Part shown: piece by piece, positions 18,084 to 28,640 of the stretch
Layout: each line of letters begins with the position of its first letter
Numbering within the stretch: position 1 is the stretch's first letter
Assembly (NCBI GenBank): GCA_039588295.1
Contig: JBDHAB010000007.1
Span: forward strand, 32,001 to 96,000
DNA: 64,000 bases
Source: Gemmatimonadota bacterium
GTDB taxonomy: Bacteria > Gemmatimonadota > Gemmatimonadetes > Gemmatimonadales > GWC2-71-9
Direction of reading: 5' to 3'
Made by a program: the position numbers and the translations under genes
The notes under the pieces: generated by a model
What the model saw: only the letters and a program-made list of their open reading frames with translations
What the model was told of the DNA's origin: nothing
Databases searched by the model: none

Positions 18084-19466
18084 ATGTCAACGCGGGCAAA
18101 GGCGGCCGAGGCCGCAGCACCTGGCGCGAGCACCGCGGAAGATCTCAATCCCTTCAGTGTTGCCTGTCGGCAGTTCGATCAGGCCGTGCGCTACATCCCC
18201 GAGCTCAAGGCCGGGCTGGTGGAGTTCTTGAAGCGACCGGACCGGGTCATCACGGTAGAATTCCCAATTCAGACGCAGAACGGCTCGGTGCGCAACTTCG
18301 TCGGCTTTCGGGTGCTCCACAACCGAGTTCGCGGACCAGGCAAGGGTGGGATTCGCTATCACCCCGACGTGTCGGCCGACGAGGTACGGGCGTTAGCGTC
18401 GTGGATGACCTGGAAGTGCGCCGTGATGGACATCCCGTTCGGGGGGGCGAAGGGTGGGGTCATCTGCAACCCGAAGCAGCTCACCAAGCCTGACCTCCGG
18501 ATGATCACGCGTCGATTCGTGGCCGAACTCGGTGACAACATCGGTCCTCACACGGACATCCCGGCGCCCGACGTCAACACCAGCGCGGAGACGATGGCGT
18601 GGATCTATGACACCTACCAGATGATGCATGCCGGTGAGAACTGCCTGCCGGTCGTGACCGGCAAGCCGGTGAACATCGGTGGGTCCCTGGGTCGACGGGA
18701 GGCAACGGCGCGTGGGTGTCTGTTTGCCACGCAGCGGGCGCTGGCCAGCGGGCTCGTCAAGGGACTCGACTCGGTGAACGGGGCGACGGTCGTGGTCCAG
18801 GGTTATGGGAACGCGGGTGCCATCGCGGCGCAGCTCTTTACGGAAGCTGGTGCCCGCGTCATCGCCGTGAGCGATTCGCAGGGTGGCATCCACGACTCCA
18901 ACGGACTCGACTGGGCCGCGGCACTCGAGCACAAGCGGTTGACGGGCTCGGTCGTGGGACTTCCGCATACCGAAGGTGTGAGCAACGAGGAGCTCCTGGC
19001 GCTCCCGTGTGATGTGCTGATTCCGGCCGCATTGGAGAACGTCATCCGCGGCGACAACGCCGCGGCTGTGAAGGCGCGGTTCGTCGTCGAGGCCGCCAAC
19101 GGCCCGACGACACCCGAGGCCGACAAGATCCTGGTGCAGAAGGGGATCCCTGTGCTCCCCGACATCCTGGCGAACGCGGGTGGGGTCACGGTGAGCTATT
19201 TCGAGTGGGTGCAGAACATCGAGAACGAGCAGTGGGATGAGGATGACGTCAACGGGAAACTGCTCGTCAAGATGAATCGCTCGACGGACGCCGTGATCGA
19301 CGAGAGGCGGAGGATCAACGAGTCGCTCGATCAACTCGAGAACGAGCGGCGGGACCGGGGACTCGGGGGAGAACCTCTGGACCCGGTGGACCTGCGAATG
19401 GCCGCCTATGTGCTGGCGATTCGGCGGGTGGGTGAGGTGACCTTGGAGCGCGGCATTTGGCCGTGA
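18084..19466 (+). CDS. Glu/Leu/Phe/Val dehydrogenase (family II glutamate dehydrogenase type)
   Basis: KGGIRYHP, MTWKCA, GGAKGG, DIPAPD, GYGNAG, EAANGP, NAGGVTVSYFEW. Confidence 0.92.
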   Translation: MSTRAKAAEAAAPGASTAEDLNPFSVACRQFDQAVRYIPELKAGLVEFLKRPDRVITVEFPIQTQNGSVRNFVGFRVLHNRVRGPGKGGIRYHPDVSADEVRALASWMTWKCAVMDIPFGGAKGGVICNPKQLTKPDLRMITRRFVAELGDNIGPHTDIPAPDVNTSAETMAWIYDTYQMMHAGENCLPVVTGKPVNIGGSLGRREATARGCLFATQRALASGLVKGLDSVNGATVVVQGYGNAGAIAAQLFTEAGARVIAVSDSQGGIHDSNGLDWAAALEHKRLTGSVVGLPHTEGVSNEELLALPCDVLIPAALENVIRGDNAAAVKARFVVEAANGPTTPEADKILVQKGIPVLPDILANAGGVTVSYFEWVQNIENEQWDEDDVNGKLLVKMNRSTDAVIDERRRINESLDQLENERRDRGLGGEPLDPVDLRMAAYVLAIRRVGEVTLERGIWP

Positions 19467-19515
19467 TCCGAGTGTTGGATCCCAAAATGCGGTGTCAACC
19501 GTTGTGCACTACTGA

Positions 19516-20904
<1,389 letters not shown>

Positions 20905-21021
20905 TTATCCCCCGGCCCTCCCCCCGTGGGTTGACGGGAAGGCCAGTTAGGATTTCCCTGTAGCATACGGTTGGGGGGAGGCGACCTTCCCCCAGCTGCA
21001 TGCAGCCGTTGGGAGATCCGG

Positions 21022-24000
21022 ATGAGCCTGCCGACTCTGGAACTGCGGGAGCGAGAGGATCACGGAATCCGGCAGAGCCGGTTCCAGTACCTCATGTCCT
21101 ACCACGTGCAGGACATTCTGCTGGTCACTAGTCTCTACGATTCCTTCACCCTCGCGGAAGACGGCAATCTCGGCGAGCTCATCCTCACTGAGTTTCTCGA
21201 CCTCAACCTGCGACACACCCCAGAGCTCACCCATGTGGCGACTGGCGGTGAGGCGCTCGCGCTCGCCGTCGAGAAGCGCCAATATGACCTGATCATCTCG
21301 AGCCTCCACTTGGGCGACATGACCGTCGTGGAGCTGGCCCGCCGGGTCAAGGAGGTCGGTGTCGACGTCCCGGTCGTGCTGCTCGCCTACGATGCGCGTG
21401 AGCTCACGGATTTCATAGCGGGGAACGACGTCTCGGATCTGGAGTGCATCTTCCTTTGGCAAGGCGACGTCAAGATCCTGCTGGCCATCGTCAAGTACAT
21501 CGAGGACCGCCGCAATCTCGCCCACGATACCGGCAAGGCCGGCGTCCCGGCCATCGTCGTGGTGGAGGACAACGTCCGGTACTACTCGTCGTTTCTCCCG
21601 ATGATCTACGGCGAGCTGATGCAACATGCGCACAAGCTCATGCCGGAGGGCCTGAACCGGGCGCACAAGCTCATGCGGATTCGGGCCAGGCCGAAGATTC
21701 TCCTGTGCCAGACCTACGAGGAGGCATGGACGTTCATCTCCGAGTACCCGGACGAGATCCTGGGGTTGATCTCCGACATCGAGTTCCCGCGGGGAGGGGA
21801 CCTCGACCGGCGGGCCGGTGTCGAGTTGGCGAAGGAGGTCCGGGCCTTGCGCCACGACATCCCGATCATGCTGCAGTCGAGTTGGCCGGAGAATGAGAAG
21901 CTGGCGCGACGAACGGGAGCATCGTTTCTGCTCAAGAACTCGCCGGTGCTGCTGCAGCAGCTGCGCGACTTCATGGCCCATGGTTTCGGGTTCGGCGACT
22001 TCGTGTTTCGGCTTCCCGACGGCAGCGAGATTGGCCGGGCCCATGACCTCCAGAGCCTGATCGAGAAACTCCACGTGGTTCCAAGCGAGAGCATCGCGCT
22101 CCACGCTGCGGGGAACCATTTCTCGCGCTGGCTCAAGACCCGCACGGAGTTTGCCCTCGCTGAGCGAATCCGACCCAGAACACTGGCCGATTTCGGCGGC
22201 GTGGAAGAACTTCGCCAATACCTGATTCGTTCCATCGCGGAGTATCGACGCGAGCAAGGCCGCGGCGTGGTGGTCGACTTCGAGCGGGGACGCTTTGACA
22301 GCACGGTGCCGTTCACGCGCGTGGGGTCCGGTTCAATGGGCGGCAAAGCTCGGGGCCTCGCGTTCGTCAACTTCCTGCTCAAGGAACACAACGCGGCGTC
22401 GCGGTTCTCCGGCGTGCGGATTGCCGTCCCCTCCTCTCTCGTCCTCGGCACCGACCTCTTCGACGACTTCCTCGAGCGCAACCGACTGCGGGACTTCGCC
22501 ATGGAGTGCGAGGACGAGGGCGAGCTCAGGACGCGGTTCCTGGGTGGGCGGTTTGCACGCGGGCTCGAGCGGGACCTCTCGGTATTCCTCCGACACATGC
22601 GGTATCCCCTGGCGGTACGCTCTTCGAGCCTGCTCGAGGACAATCAGTATCAGCCGTTCGCGGGGGTGTACCAGACGTTCATGCTGCCCAACAACCACGG
22701 TGATCTCGACATCCGCCTGACGCAACTCATTGCCGCCATTCTCCGGGTGTACGCGTCGACGTTCTCGCAACACGCCAAGGCGTATCTGGATGCCACGCCG
22801 TATCGGCTGGAAGAAGAGAAGATGGCGGTCATCATCCAGCAGGTGGTGGGGGCAGAGCATAGGGGGTTGTTCTACCCCGACTTCGCCGGCGTCGCTCGAT
22901 CCCACAATTTCTACCCGACCGCGCCATTTACGTCCGGCGACGGCATCGCGGCCGTCGCCCTCGGTCTGGGCCGCACGGTCATGGCCGGCGAGCGGTGTCT
23001 TCGGTTCTGCCCCCGGTATCCTCGGCATGTCCTCCAGTTCTCCTCCGTGCAGGATTTCCTGAACCAATCGCAACGTGAGTACTGGGCGCTCGACCTGGGG
23101 CATGAAAGCGAGGGGTTTCACGACCCACTCGATGCCCGCATGGTTCGGCTCGGGCTGGAGCGAGCCGAGGGAGATGGGACCCTGCAAACCGTGGGGTCGA
23201 CGTATTCGCACGAGAACAACGCGGTCTACGACGGGCTGTCCCGACCCGGTGTGCGACTCGTGAGCTTCGCACCGATTCTCAAGCACGGAGCCTTCCCGCT
23301 CGCGGAGATCCTCGACTACCTCCTCGATATCGGCGAGCAGGGCACGAGCGCACCCGTGGAAATCGAGTTTGCGGTGAATTCCTCGACTTCGCCTGATGAG
23401 CCGAAGCAGTTTGGGTTCCTCCAGATGCGGCCGCTGGCGGTCTCCCGGGAACTCGAGGAACTCGAGATCGGCGACGTCCGCCGAGGGGATGTCGTGGTAG
23501 AGAGTCCGTGTGTCCTCGGTCACGGGAGGATCGACAACATCCGTGACGTGGTGGTCATCGATTATCACCGATTTGAGCGTTCAATGAGCCAAGAGGCGGC
23601 CAGCGTGGTCACGCAATTCAACGCCGACCTCAAGGCCAAGGGGATTCCCTATCTCCTGATCGGTGTCGGCCGATGGGGCTCGACCGATCCGTGGCTCGGG
23701 ATTCCGGTCACGTGGGACCAGATTGCGGGAGTCCGAGTGATCGTGGAGGCAGGGTTCAAGGATCTGCGGGTCACGCCGTCTCAGGGGACGCATTTCTTCC
23801 AGAATCTGACGTCGAACAACGTTGGGTACTTCACGGTAAACCAGGAGATCGGTGAAGGGCTCGTGGACTGGGACTGGCTCGCCGGGCGGCACGCCGTGAA
23901 GGAGACGCCCACCGTCCGCCACCTGCGGTTCGACGAACCGCTCGTGATCACCATGAATGGCAAGACCAACCGAGGCGTGATTCTCAAGCCGGGTGCCACC

Positions 24001-24039
24001 GCCGGCAACGCCCGTCCCGGCAGGGGCTCGCAGTACTAA
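21022..24039 (+). CDS. Receiver-domain / PEP-pyruvate-binding (PPDK_N ATP-grasp) multidomain protein
   Basis: Two REC-like domains; GGKARGL, AVRSSSLLED, FAGVY, MAVIIQQVVG, GLG, EIEFA, LQMRP; C-terminal SQGTHFFQN. Confidence 0.8.
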   Translation: MSLPTLELREREDHGIRQSRFQYLMSYHVQDILLVTSLYDSFTLAEDGNLGELILTEFLDLNLRHTPELTHVATGGEALALAVEKRQYDLIISSLHLGDMTVVELARRVKEVGVDVPVVLLAYDARELTDFIAGNDVSDLECIFLWQGDVKILLAIVKYIEDRRNLAHDTGKAGVPAIVVVEDNVRYYSSFLPMIYGELMQHAHKLMPEGLNRAHKLMRIRARPKILLCQTYEEAWTFISEYPDEILGLISDIEFPRGGDLDRRAGVELAKEVRALRHDIPIMLQSSWPENEKLARRTGASFLLKNSPVLLQQLRDFMAHGFGFGDFVFRLPDGSEIGRAHDLQSLIEKLHVVPSESIALHAAGNHFSRWLKTRTEFALAERIRPRTLADFGGVEELRQYLIRSIAEYRREQGRGVVVDFERGRFDSTVPFTRVGSGSMGGKARGLAFVNFLLKEHNAASRFSGVRIAVPSSLVLGTDLFDDFLERNRLRDFAMECEDEGELRTRFLGGRFARGLERDLSVFLRHMRYPLAVRSSSLLEDNQYQPFAGVYQTFMLPNNHGDLDIRLTQLIAAILRVYASTFSQHAKAYLDATPYRLEEEKMAVIIQQVVGAEHRGLFYPDFAGVARSHNFYPTAPFTSGDGIAAVALGLGRTVMAGERCLRFCPRYPRHVLQFSSVQDFLNQSQREYWALDLGHESEGFHDPLDARMVRLGLERAEGDGTLQTVGSTYSHENNAVYDGLSRPGVRLVSFAPILKHGAFPLAEILDYLLDIGEQGTSAPVEIEFAVNSSTSPDEPKQFGFLQMRPLAVSRELEELEIGDVRRGDVVVESPCVLGHGRIDNIRDVVVIDYHRFERSMSQEAASVVTQFNADLKAKGIPYLLIGVGRWGSTDPWLGIPVTWDQIAGVRVIVEAGFKDLRVTPSQGTHFFQNLTSNNVGYFTVNQEIGEGLVDWDWLAGRHAVKETPTVRHLRFDEPLVITMNGKTNRGVILKPGATAGNARPGRGSQY

Positions 24040-24062
24040 TCGGGCGGCCGGCCTAGATGATG

Positions 24063-24095
24063 CGAGAGTGGCAGTGCAGGGCACCGCCACCCTCG
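24063..24095. terminator. 15-bp hairpin between convergent genes
   Basis: cgagagtggcagtgc / gcaccgccaccctcg; two mismatches that are G-U pairs on the minus strand. Confidence 0.5.
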
Positions 24096-24117
24096 ATGGC
24101 ATCGCAACCGCCGATGC

Positions 24118-24753
24118 TCAGCGGTACTTGACCGAGCACCCGTACGGTTGGGTCGTAGGGGTACTCACCTCCTTGCCATTCATTGCTTCCTCGAGCGCCG
24201 CCACCAGGTAGTTGTGCGCCCCTTTGATGTCCGACAGCCGGGCGGTCGGACGATCGTCGATGGCCCCGTTGTAGAGCAGGACGCCCTCAGGATTGATCAC
24301 CACCATTTGAGGAGTGGTCCGCGCACCGTAGCGGCGCCCGACGGTTCCCTCAGGATCCAGCAGGACGGCGAGCGCCTTGCTTCCCCTGTCCGCGCTCAGC
24401 GCGTTCATCTCTTCGGGCGGGTGGTACCCTTGCTTTCCCGGAGCCGAGGACACGATGACCAGCCAGACGACGCCCTTTGCGCCGTAATCCCGCTGCAACG
24501 CCTGCATGTTGCCGCTCTTGTAGTGCTTACCGACGTAGGGACATTCGTAGTTCAGCCACTCGAGCACGATCCACTTGCCGCTGTAGTCAGCGAGGGAGTG
24601 CCTTGCTCCATAGGTGTCGGGAAGCACGAACCCGGGTGCGGGATTGCCGATCTCGGGGTCGGAGAGCTGGGCGTGCAGCGAGACCGGCGTCACTGCGATG
24701 ACACCCATCAGGCGCTCGGCGCAGCCAACAGCCAGGTCGCCATCACGAGCCAT
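24118..24753 (-). CDS. Exported redoxin/thioredoxin-like protein (5' end possibly frameshifted)
   Basis: GNPAPGFVLPD, LEWLNYECPYV, YGARTTP, YNGAIDD, PYGCSVKY. Confidence 0.8.
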   Translation of the reverse strand: MARDGDLAVGCAERLMGVIAVTPVSLHAQLSDPEIGNPAPGFVLPDTYGARHSLADYSGKWIVLEWLNYECPYVGKHYKSGNMQALQRDYGAKGVVWLVIVSSAPGKQGYHPPEEMNALSADRGSKALAVLLDPEGTVGRRYGARTTPQMVVINPEGVLLYNGAIDDRPTARLSDIKGAHNYLVAALEEAMNGKEVSTPTTQPYGCSVKYR

Positions 24754-24808
24754 GAGGATCGTGGGGCCCGCGGACGCCCGGACGGTGCGGACTCGAACCG
24801 TCGGTGGA

Positions 24809-25765
24809 TCACTTGGGTGTCTGCAGCTTCTTCCGCAGATGCAGCAGCATGTCCGCCGTCATCGACTCCAAATCGTACGACGGCAGCCATCCCCACTCCT
24901 CCCTCGCGGCAGTGTCGTCGATCGAGTTCGGCCACGAATCGGCTAGCCGTTGTCGGATCGGGTCGACGTCGTACGCGATGGCAAACTGTGGGAGATGCTT
25001 CCGGATCTCCGCGGCGACCTGTTCGGGTGTGAAATTCATGGCGGTCACATTGAACGCGTTGCGATGGCGGAGGCGCGACGCGTCCGCTTCCATGACGTCG
25101 ATGGCTGCTTTGATCGCATCGGGCATGTACATCATGTCGAGACGGGTATCACCGCGGAGGAAACACGTGTAGCGCTCGTTACGGATGGCCTCGTAGAAGA
25201 TCTCCACCGCGTAGTCCGTGGTTCCTCCGCCGGGCGGCGTGACGTGCGAGATGATGCCGGGATAGCGGACCCCGCGCGTGTCGACCCCGAACCGCTGCTG
25301 GTAGTAGTCACACAGGAGCTCACCCGCGACCTTCGTGACCCCGTACATGCTCGTGGGTCGCTGGACCGTATCCTGGGGGGTGCGATCGACCGGCGTCGTT
25401 GGTCCGAACGCGCCGATGGAGCTCGGCACGAACACCGCGCAGCCGTGCTCCCTCGCCACCTGGAGCACCTTGTACAGCCCACCCATGTTCACGCTCCACG
25501 CGACATCCGGCTGCTGCTCCGCCACCGCGGAGAGCAGCGCCGCCAAGTGGTAGATGGTGTCGATCTGAAATCGGGTGACCGCGCGGTGGAGCTGCTCCTG
25601 CGACGTGCAGTCGAGTTGCACGAATGGTCCGTTGGCGTCACTGCCGCCGGCTGGAGAACGGATATCTGACGAAACGACGACCTCTGCCCCGTAGCGCGCT
25701 CGGAGCGTGGGGACGAGTTCCGATCCGATCTGGCCCAGCGACCCGGTAACGAGAATCCGCTGCAC
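24809..25765 (-). CDS. L-threonine 3-dehydrogenase (SDR/epimerase type)
   Basis: ILVTGSLGQIG, HLAALLSA, PSSIGAFG, MYGVTK, GGGTTDYA, MMYMPDA. Confidence 0.9.
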   Translation of the reverse strand: MQRILVTGSLGQIGSELVPTLRARYGAEVVVSSDIRSPAGGSDANGPFVQLDCTSQEQLHRAVTRFQIDTIYHLAALLSAVAEQQPDVAWSVNMGGLYKVLQVAREHGCAVFVPSSIGAFGPTTPVDRTPQDTVQRPTSMYGVTKVAGELLCDYYQQRFGVDTRGVRYPGIISHVTPPGGGTTDYAVEIFYEAIRNERYTCFLRGDTRLDMMYMPDAIKAAIDVMEADASRLRHRNAFNVTAMNFTPEQVAAEIRKHLPQFAIAYDVDPIRQRLADSWPNSIDDTAAREEWGWLPSYDLESMTADMLLHLRKKLQTPK

Positions 25766-25839
25766 GACCCCTCCTGGAATGCCGTATGCCGTCGGCCTAT
25801 CGTACGCTGCGCTTGCACCCCGTACAAGAGCGCCGGTCG

Positions 25840-27138
25840 CTAGGGCAGGAGCTTTCGTTCCTTGGCGGCGCGCTCGAGTTCATCGTGGAACTGTGGGTCG
25901 GCGATGCGGATCAGTTCCTCCGCACGCTCCCGCAGGTTCTTCCCGAAAAGATTCGCCACTCCATGTTCGGTGACGAGGTAGTGCACGTCCGCTCGGCTGG
26001 TCACGACCCCTGCGCCGTGCTTGAGGAACGGCACGATTCGCGACATGGAGCCGCCTTTGGCCGTGGCCGGAAGCGCAATGATCGGCCGGCCGCCCTTCGA
26101 GTGAGCTGCTCCTCGAATGAAATCTACCTGGCCGCCGAACCCGGAAAAGATGTATGGACCGATGGAGTCCGAACACACCTGTCCCGTCAGATCGACCTCG
26201 ATAGCGGAGTTCACGGCCACCATGTTGTCGATCGTGCTCACGACCTCCGGATCGTTGACGTAGCTGACGGGGTGCGCCTCGATCAGCGGGTTGTTGTCCA
26301 GAAAATCGTAAAGCCGATCACTTCCGAGCGCGAAGGTGCATACAACCTTCCCCGGGTGCACCGTCTTCGCCGTCCCCGTCACTACCCCTCGCTCGATCGC
26401 GCGCATCGCGCCGTCGGAGATCATCTCCGTGTGAATGCCGAGCTCGAGGGCGCCTTCCATACTCTCGTACACCGAGTCCGGGATTCCGCCGATTCCCATT
26501 TGCACCGTTGCACCGGGGGGGATCAGGTCGAGCACGTGCCGGGCGATGGCCTGTTCCACCGCGGTCGCAGGCTTTGCTTCCAGCGTCGGGAGCGGCTCGG
26601 TATGCTCGACGATCGTATGCACGCGGCTGACGTGGAGGAACGAATCACCCAGGACGCGTGGCATTTTCTCGTTCACCTGGACGATCACGGTCTGCGCCTT
26701 TTGACATGCGGCGGTGGACGCGAGCACTTCGACGCCAAGACTCATGAAACCGTGCTCGTCGGGAGGGGAGACCTGGACCATCGCCACATCGAGCGGCACA
26801 ATCCCCTCGCGGAAGAGGCGGGGAATTTGATGAAGAAAAATGGGGACGTAGTCGGCACGCCCGTCGTTGACAGCCTGGCGATCCGCCGGCCCCACGAACA
26901 GCGAGTTGTGCCGGAAGTGTCGCTCCATTCCCGGCTCGGACAGCGGATCCTTGCCGAGCAGGAGGACGTGGTTCAACTGGATGTCTTCCAACTCGTCTCG
27001 GCAGCGGGCGAGCGCGCGGACGAGCTCCTGGGGAATCGCAGCGTTGCCACCGTAGTACACTCGGTCGCCGCTCTTGACCCGCTGCACCGCTTCGTCGGAG
27101 GTCGCGAGTTTCGACTTGTAGTCGTCGAGCCAGTTCAT
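25840..27138 (-). CDS. Acetyl-CoA hydrolase/transferase (4-hydroxybutyrate CoA-transferase/Cat2 type)
   Basis: QMGIGGIP, IHTEMISDG (catalytic Glu), EVDLTGQV, SGFGGQVDF, VTEHG. Confidence 0.9.
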   Translation of the reverse strand: MNWLDDYKSKLATSDEAVQRVKSGDRVYYGGNAAIPQELVRALARCRDELEDIQLNHVLLLGKDPLSEPGMERHFRHNSLFVGPADRQAVNDGRADYVPIFLHQIPRLFREGIVPLDVAMVQVSPPDEHGFMSLGVEVLASTAACQKAQTVIVQVNEKMPRVLGDSFLHVSRVHTIVEHTEPLPTLEAKPATAVEQAIARHVLDLIPPGATVQMGIGGIPDSVYESMEGALELGIHTEMISDGAMRAIERGVVTGTAKTVHPGKVVCTFALGSDRLYDFLDNNPLIEAHPVSYVNDPEVVSTIDNMVAVNSAIEVDLTGQVCSDSIGPYIFSGFGGQVDFIRGAAHSKGGRPIIALPATAKGGSMSRIVPFLKHGAGVVTSRADVHYLVTEHGVANLFGKNLRERAEELIRIADPQFHDELERAAKERKLLP

Positions 27139-27149
27139 GACCGGTGTCC

Positions 27150-28274
27150 TCAGCCCTGTTGTACGATCGCCTGAAGGGCAACGGCAGAGAGCCGTTGGGC
27201 TGCAGCTACCTGTTCGTTCACCACTCTGCCACCGTAGAGGTACACGCCGGCAGCCAGTCCCGGATTCTCGCGGAGCGCCCGGTCCACACCTTTTTCGGCC
27301 AACTCGCTCAACGGAGTGAGGACCACGTCAGAGAGCGCGCGGGACGCGGTCCGAGCCACGTTGGCGGTCATGTTCGGCACGCAGTAGTGCACCACATCGT
27401 GCACCACGAAGGTCGGTTGATCCAGCGTCGTGGGTCGGCTGGTTTCGACGCATCCTCCCTGATCGATCGAGAGATCGACGATCACACTCCCGGCGCGCAT
27501 CGAGCTCACCATGTCCTCCGTGATGAGAAACGGGGCGCGCGCTCCGGGAATCAGCACGGCGCCGATCACGACATCGGCGATCCTGGTGAACTGCTCGAGA
27601 CGCTCCGTTGACGCGACTTGCGTTACGATGTTGCCGGAGATCTGTCGGTTGAGGTTCCGGAGCTTCTGGAGGTCGGCATCGAGGACGATGACGTGGGCTC
27701 CAATGGCCAGCGCCCGACGTGCTGCGGTGCGACCGGCCATACCGGCGCCAAGGATGAGCACCGTGGGTGGAGCGATCCCGGGCACCGAGCCCATGAGGAT
27801 GCCTCGACCACCGGACTCGTTCTGGAGATAGTGCGCCGCCGTGTAGACGGCCATCTCCCCGGCCATCTCGCTGAAGGGCACGAGGATCGAGCGACGCCCT
27901 TCGACGTCTTCGATGAGCTCGTAACCGATGGCGGTCACCTTGAGCTCGCGCAGCTGCTGCACGATGGGTTGGGGTGCAACGGCCATGTGGAGAAAGCCGC
28001 CGATCACCGACCCCGGGCGGACTAACTCGAGCTCGTCGCTCGACACCAAGCCCACCCGGCAGACCAACTCAGGACGTTTGTGCGCCTCTTCGCTACTGTA
28101 CACGATTTGTGCGCCGGCCGCCTGGTACTCGTGATCTGGAAACCGCGCCGCCAGTCCCGCGCCCTTCTCGACGACAACGGTGTGGCCGCGACTGACGAAC
28201 CGCCGTACGGCCTGCGGGGTGAGCCCGACACGGTGCTCGTGCCGGTGGGTTTCCCGTGGTACACCGATGATCAT
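27150..28274 (-). CDS. Alanine dehydrogenase-family protein (active-site variant)
   Basis: IIGVPRE, EHRVGLTP, GAVLIPGARAP, IDQGGCVETS, HYCVPNM; KVKEP motif replaced by RVGLV; AAGGAGG SD. Confidence 0.8.
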   Translation of the reverse strand: MIIGVPRETHRHEHRVGLTPQAVRRFVSRGHTVVVEKGAGLAARFPDHEYQAAGAQIVYSSEEAHKRPELVCRVGLVSSDELELVRPGSVIGGFLHMAVAPQPIVQQLRELKVTAIGYELIEDVEGRRSILVPFSEMAGEMAVYTAAHYLQNESGGRGILMGSVPGIAPPTVLILGAGMAGRTAARRALAIGAHVIVLDADLQKLRNLNRQISGNIVTQVASTERLEQFTRIADVVIGAVLIPGARAPFLITEDMVSSMRAGSVIVDLSIDQGGCVETSRPTTLDQPTFVVHDVVHYCVPNMTANVARTASRALSDVVLTPLSELAEKGVDRALRENPGLAAGVYLYGGRVVNEQVAAAQRLSAVALQAIVQQG

Positions 28275-28640
28275 CGTCTCGCCTCCTTGACCGACGGGGT
28301 CCGGGATCATCTATGCCTGCGTGGGGCGCCGATGCAGCATCGATGAGCTACTTCGTTGGGAGGCTGCGGCGGGTCGGCCGTGGTGACCAGGTGCGCCGCC
28401 AGGGGCCACACCAGAGACCCCAGTCAGCAGTTGGCCTGAGCGCGCTCGATGCGGGGGGACGCCGGGTGCGGTAGGGAGTCGTGCCGTGGAGCCTGTCCCC
28501 ACACCTTGAAGGTTGCTCAGCCTCGGTTGAGGATCGCCGACTTGCCGGTGGCCGATATGCTGATGCTGCCTCACACCCACCCCCTGGACCGCTACCGCCC
28601 CGCCCGTGCCGCCCGCAGAGCGGCGCGGTCACGGTCCTGC

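Noticed and set aside
28380..28560. Glycine or SAM-I riboswitch
   Set aside because: Only isolated fragments match; the P1 and core motifs could not be assembled, so it is kept only as an unexplained spacer
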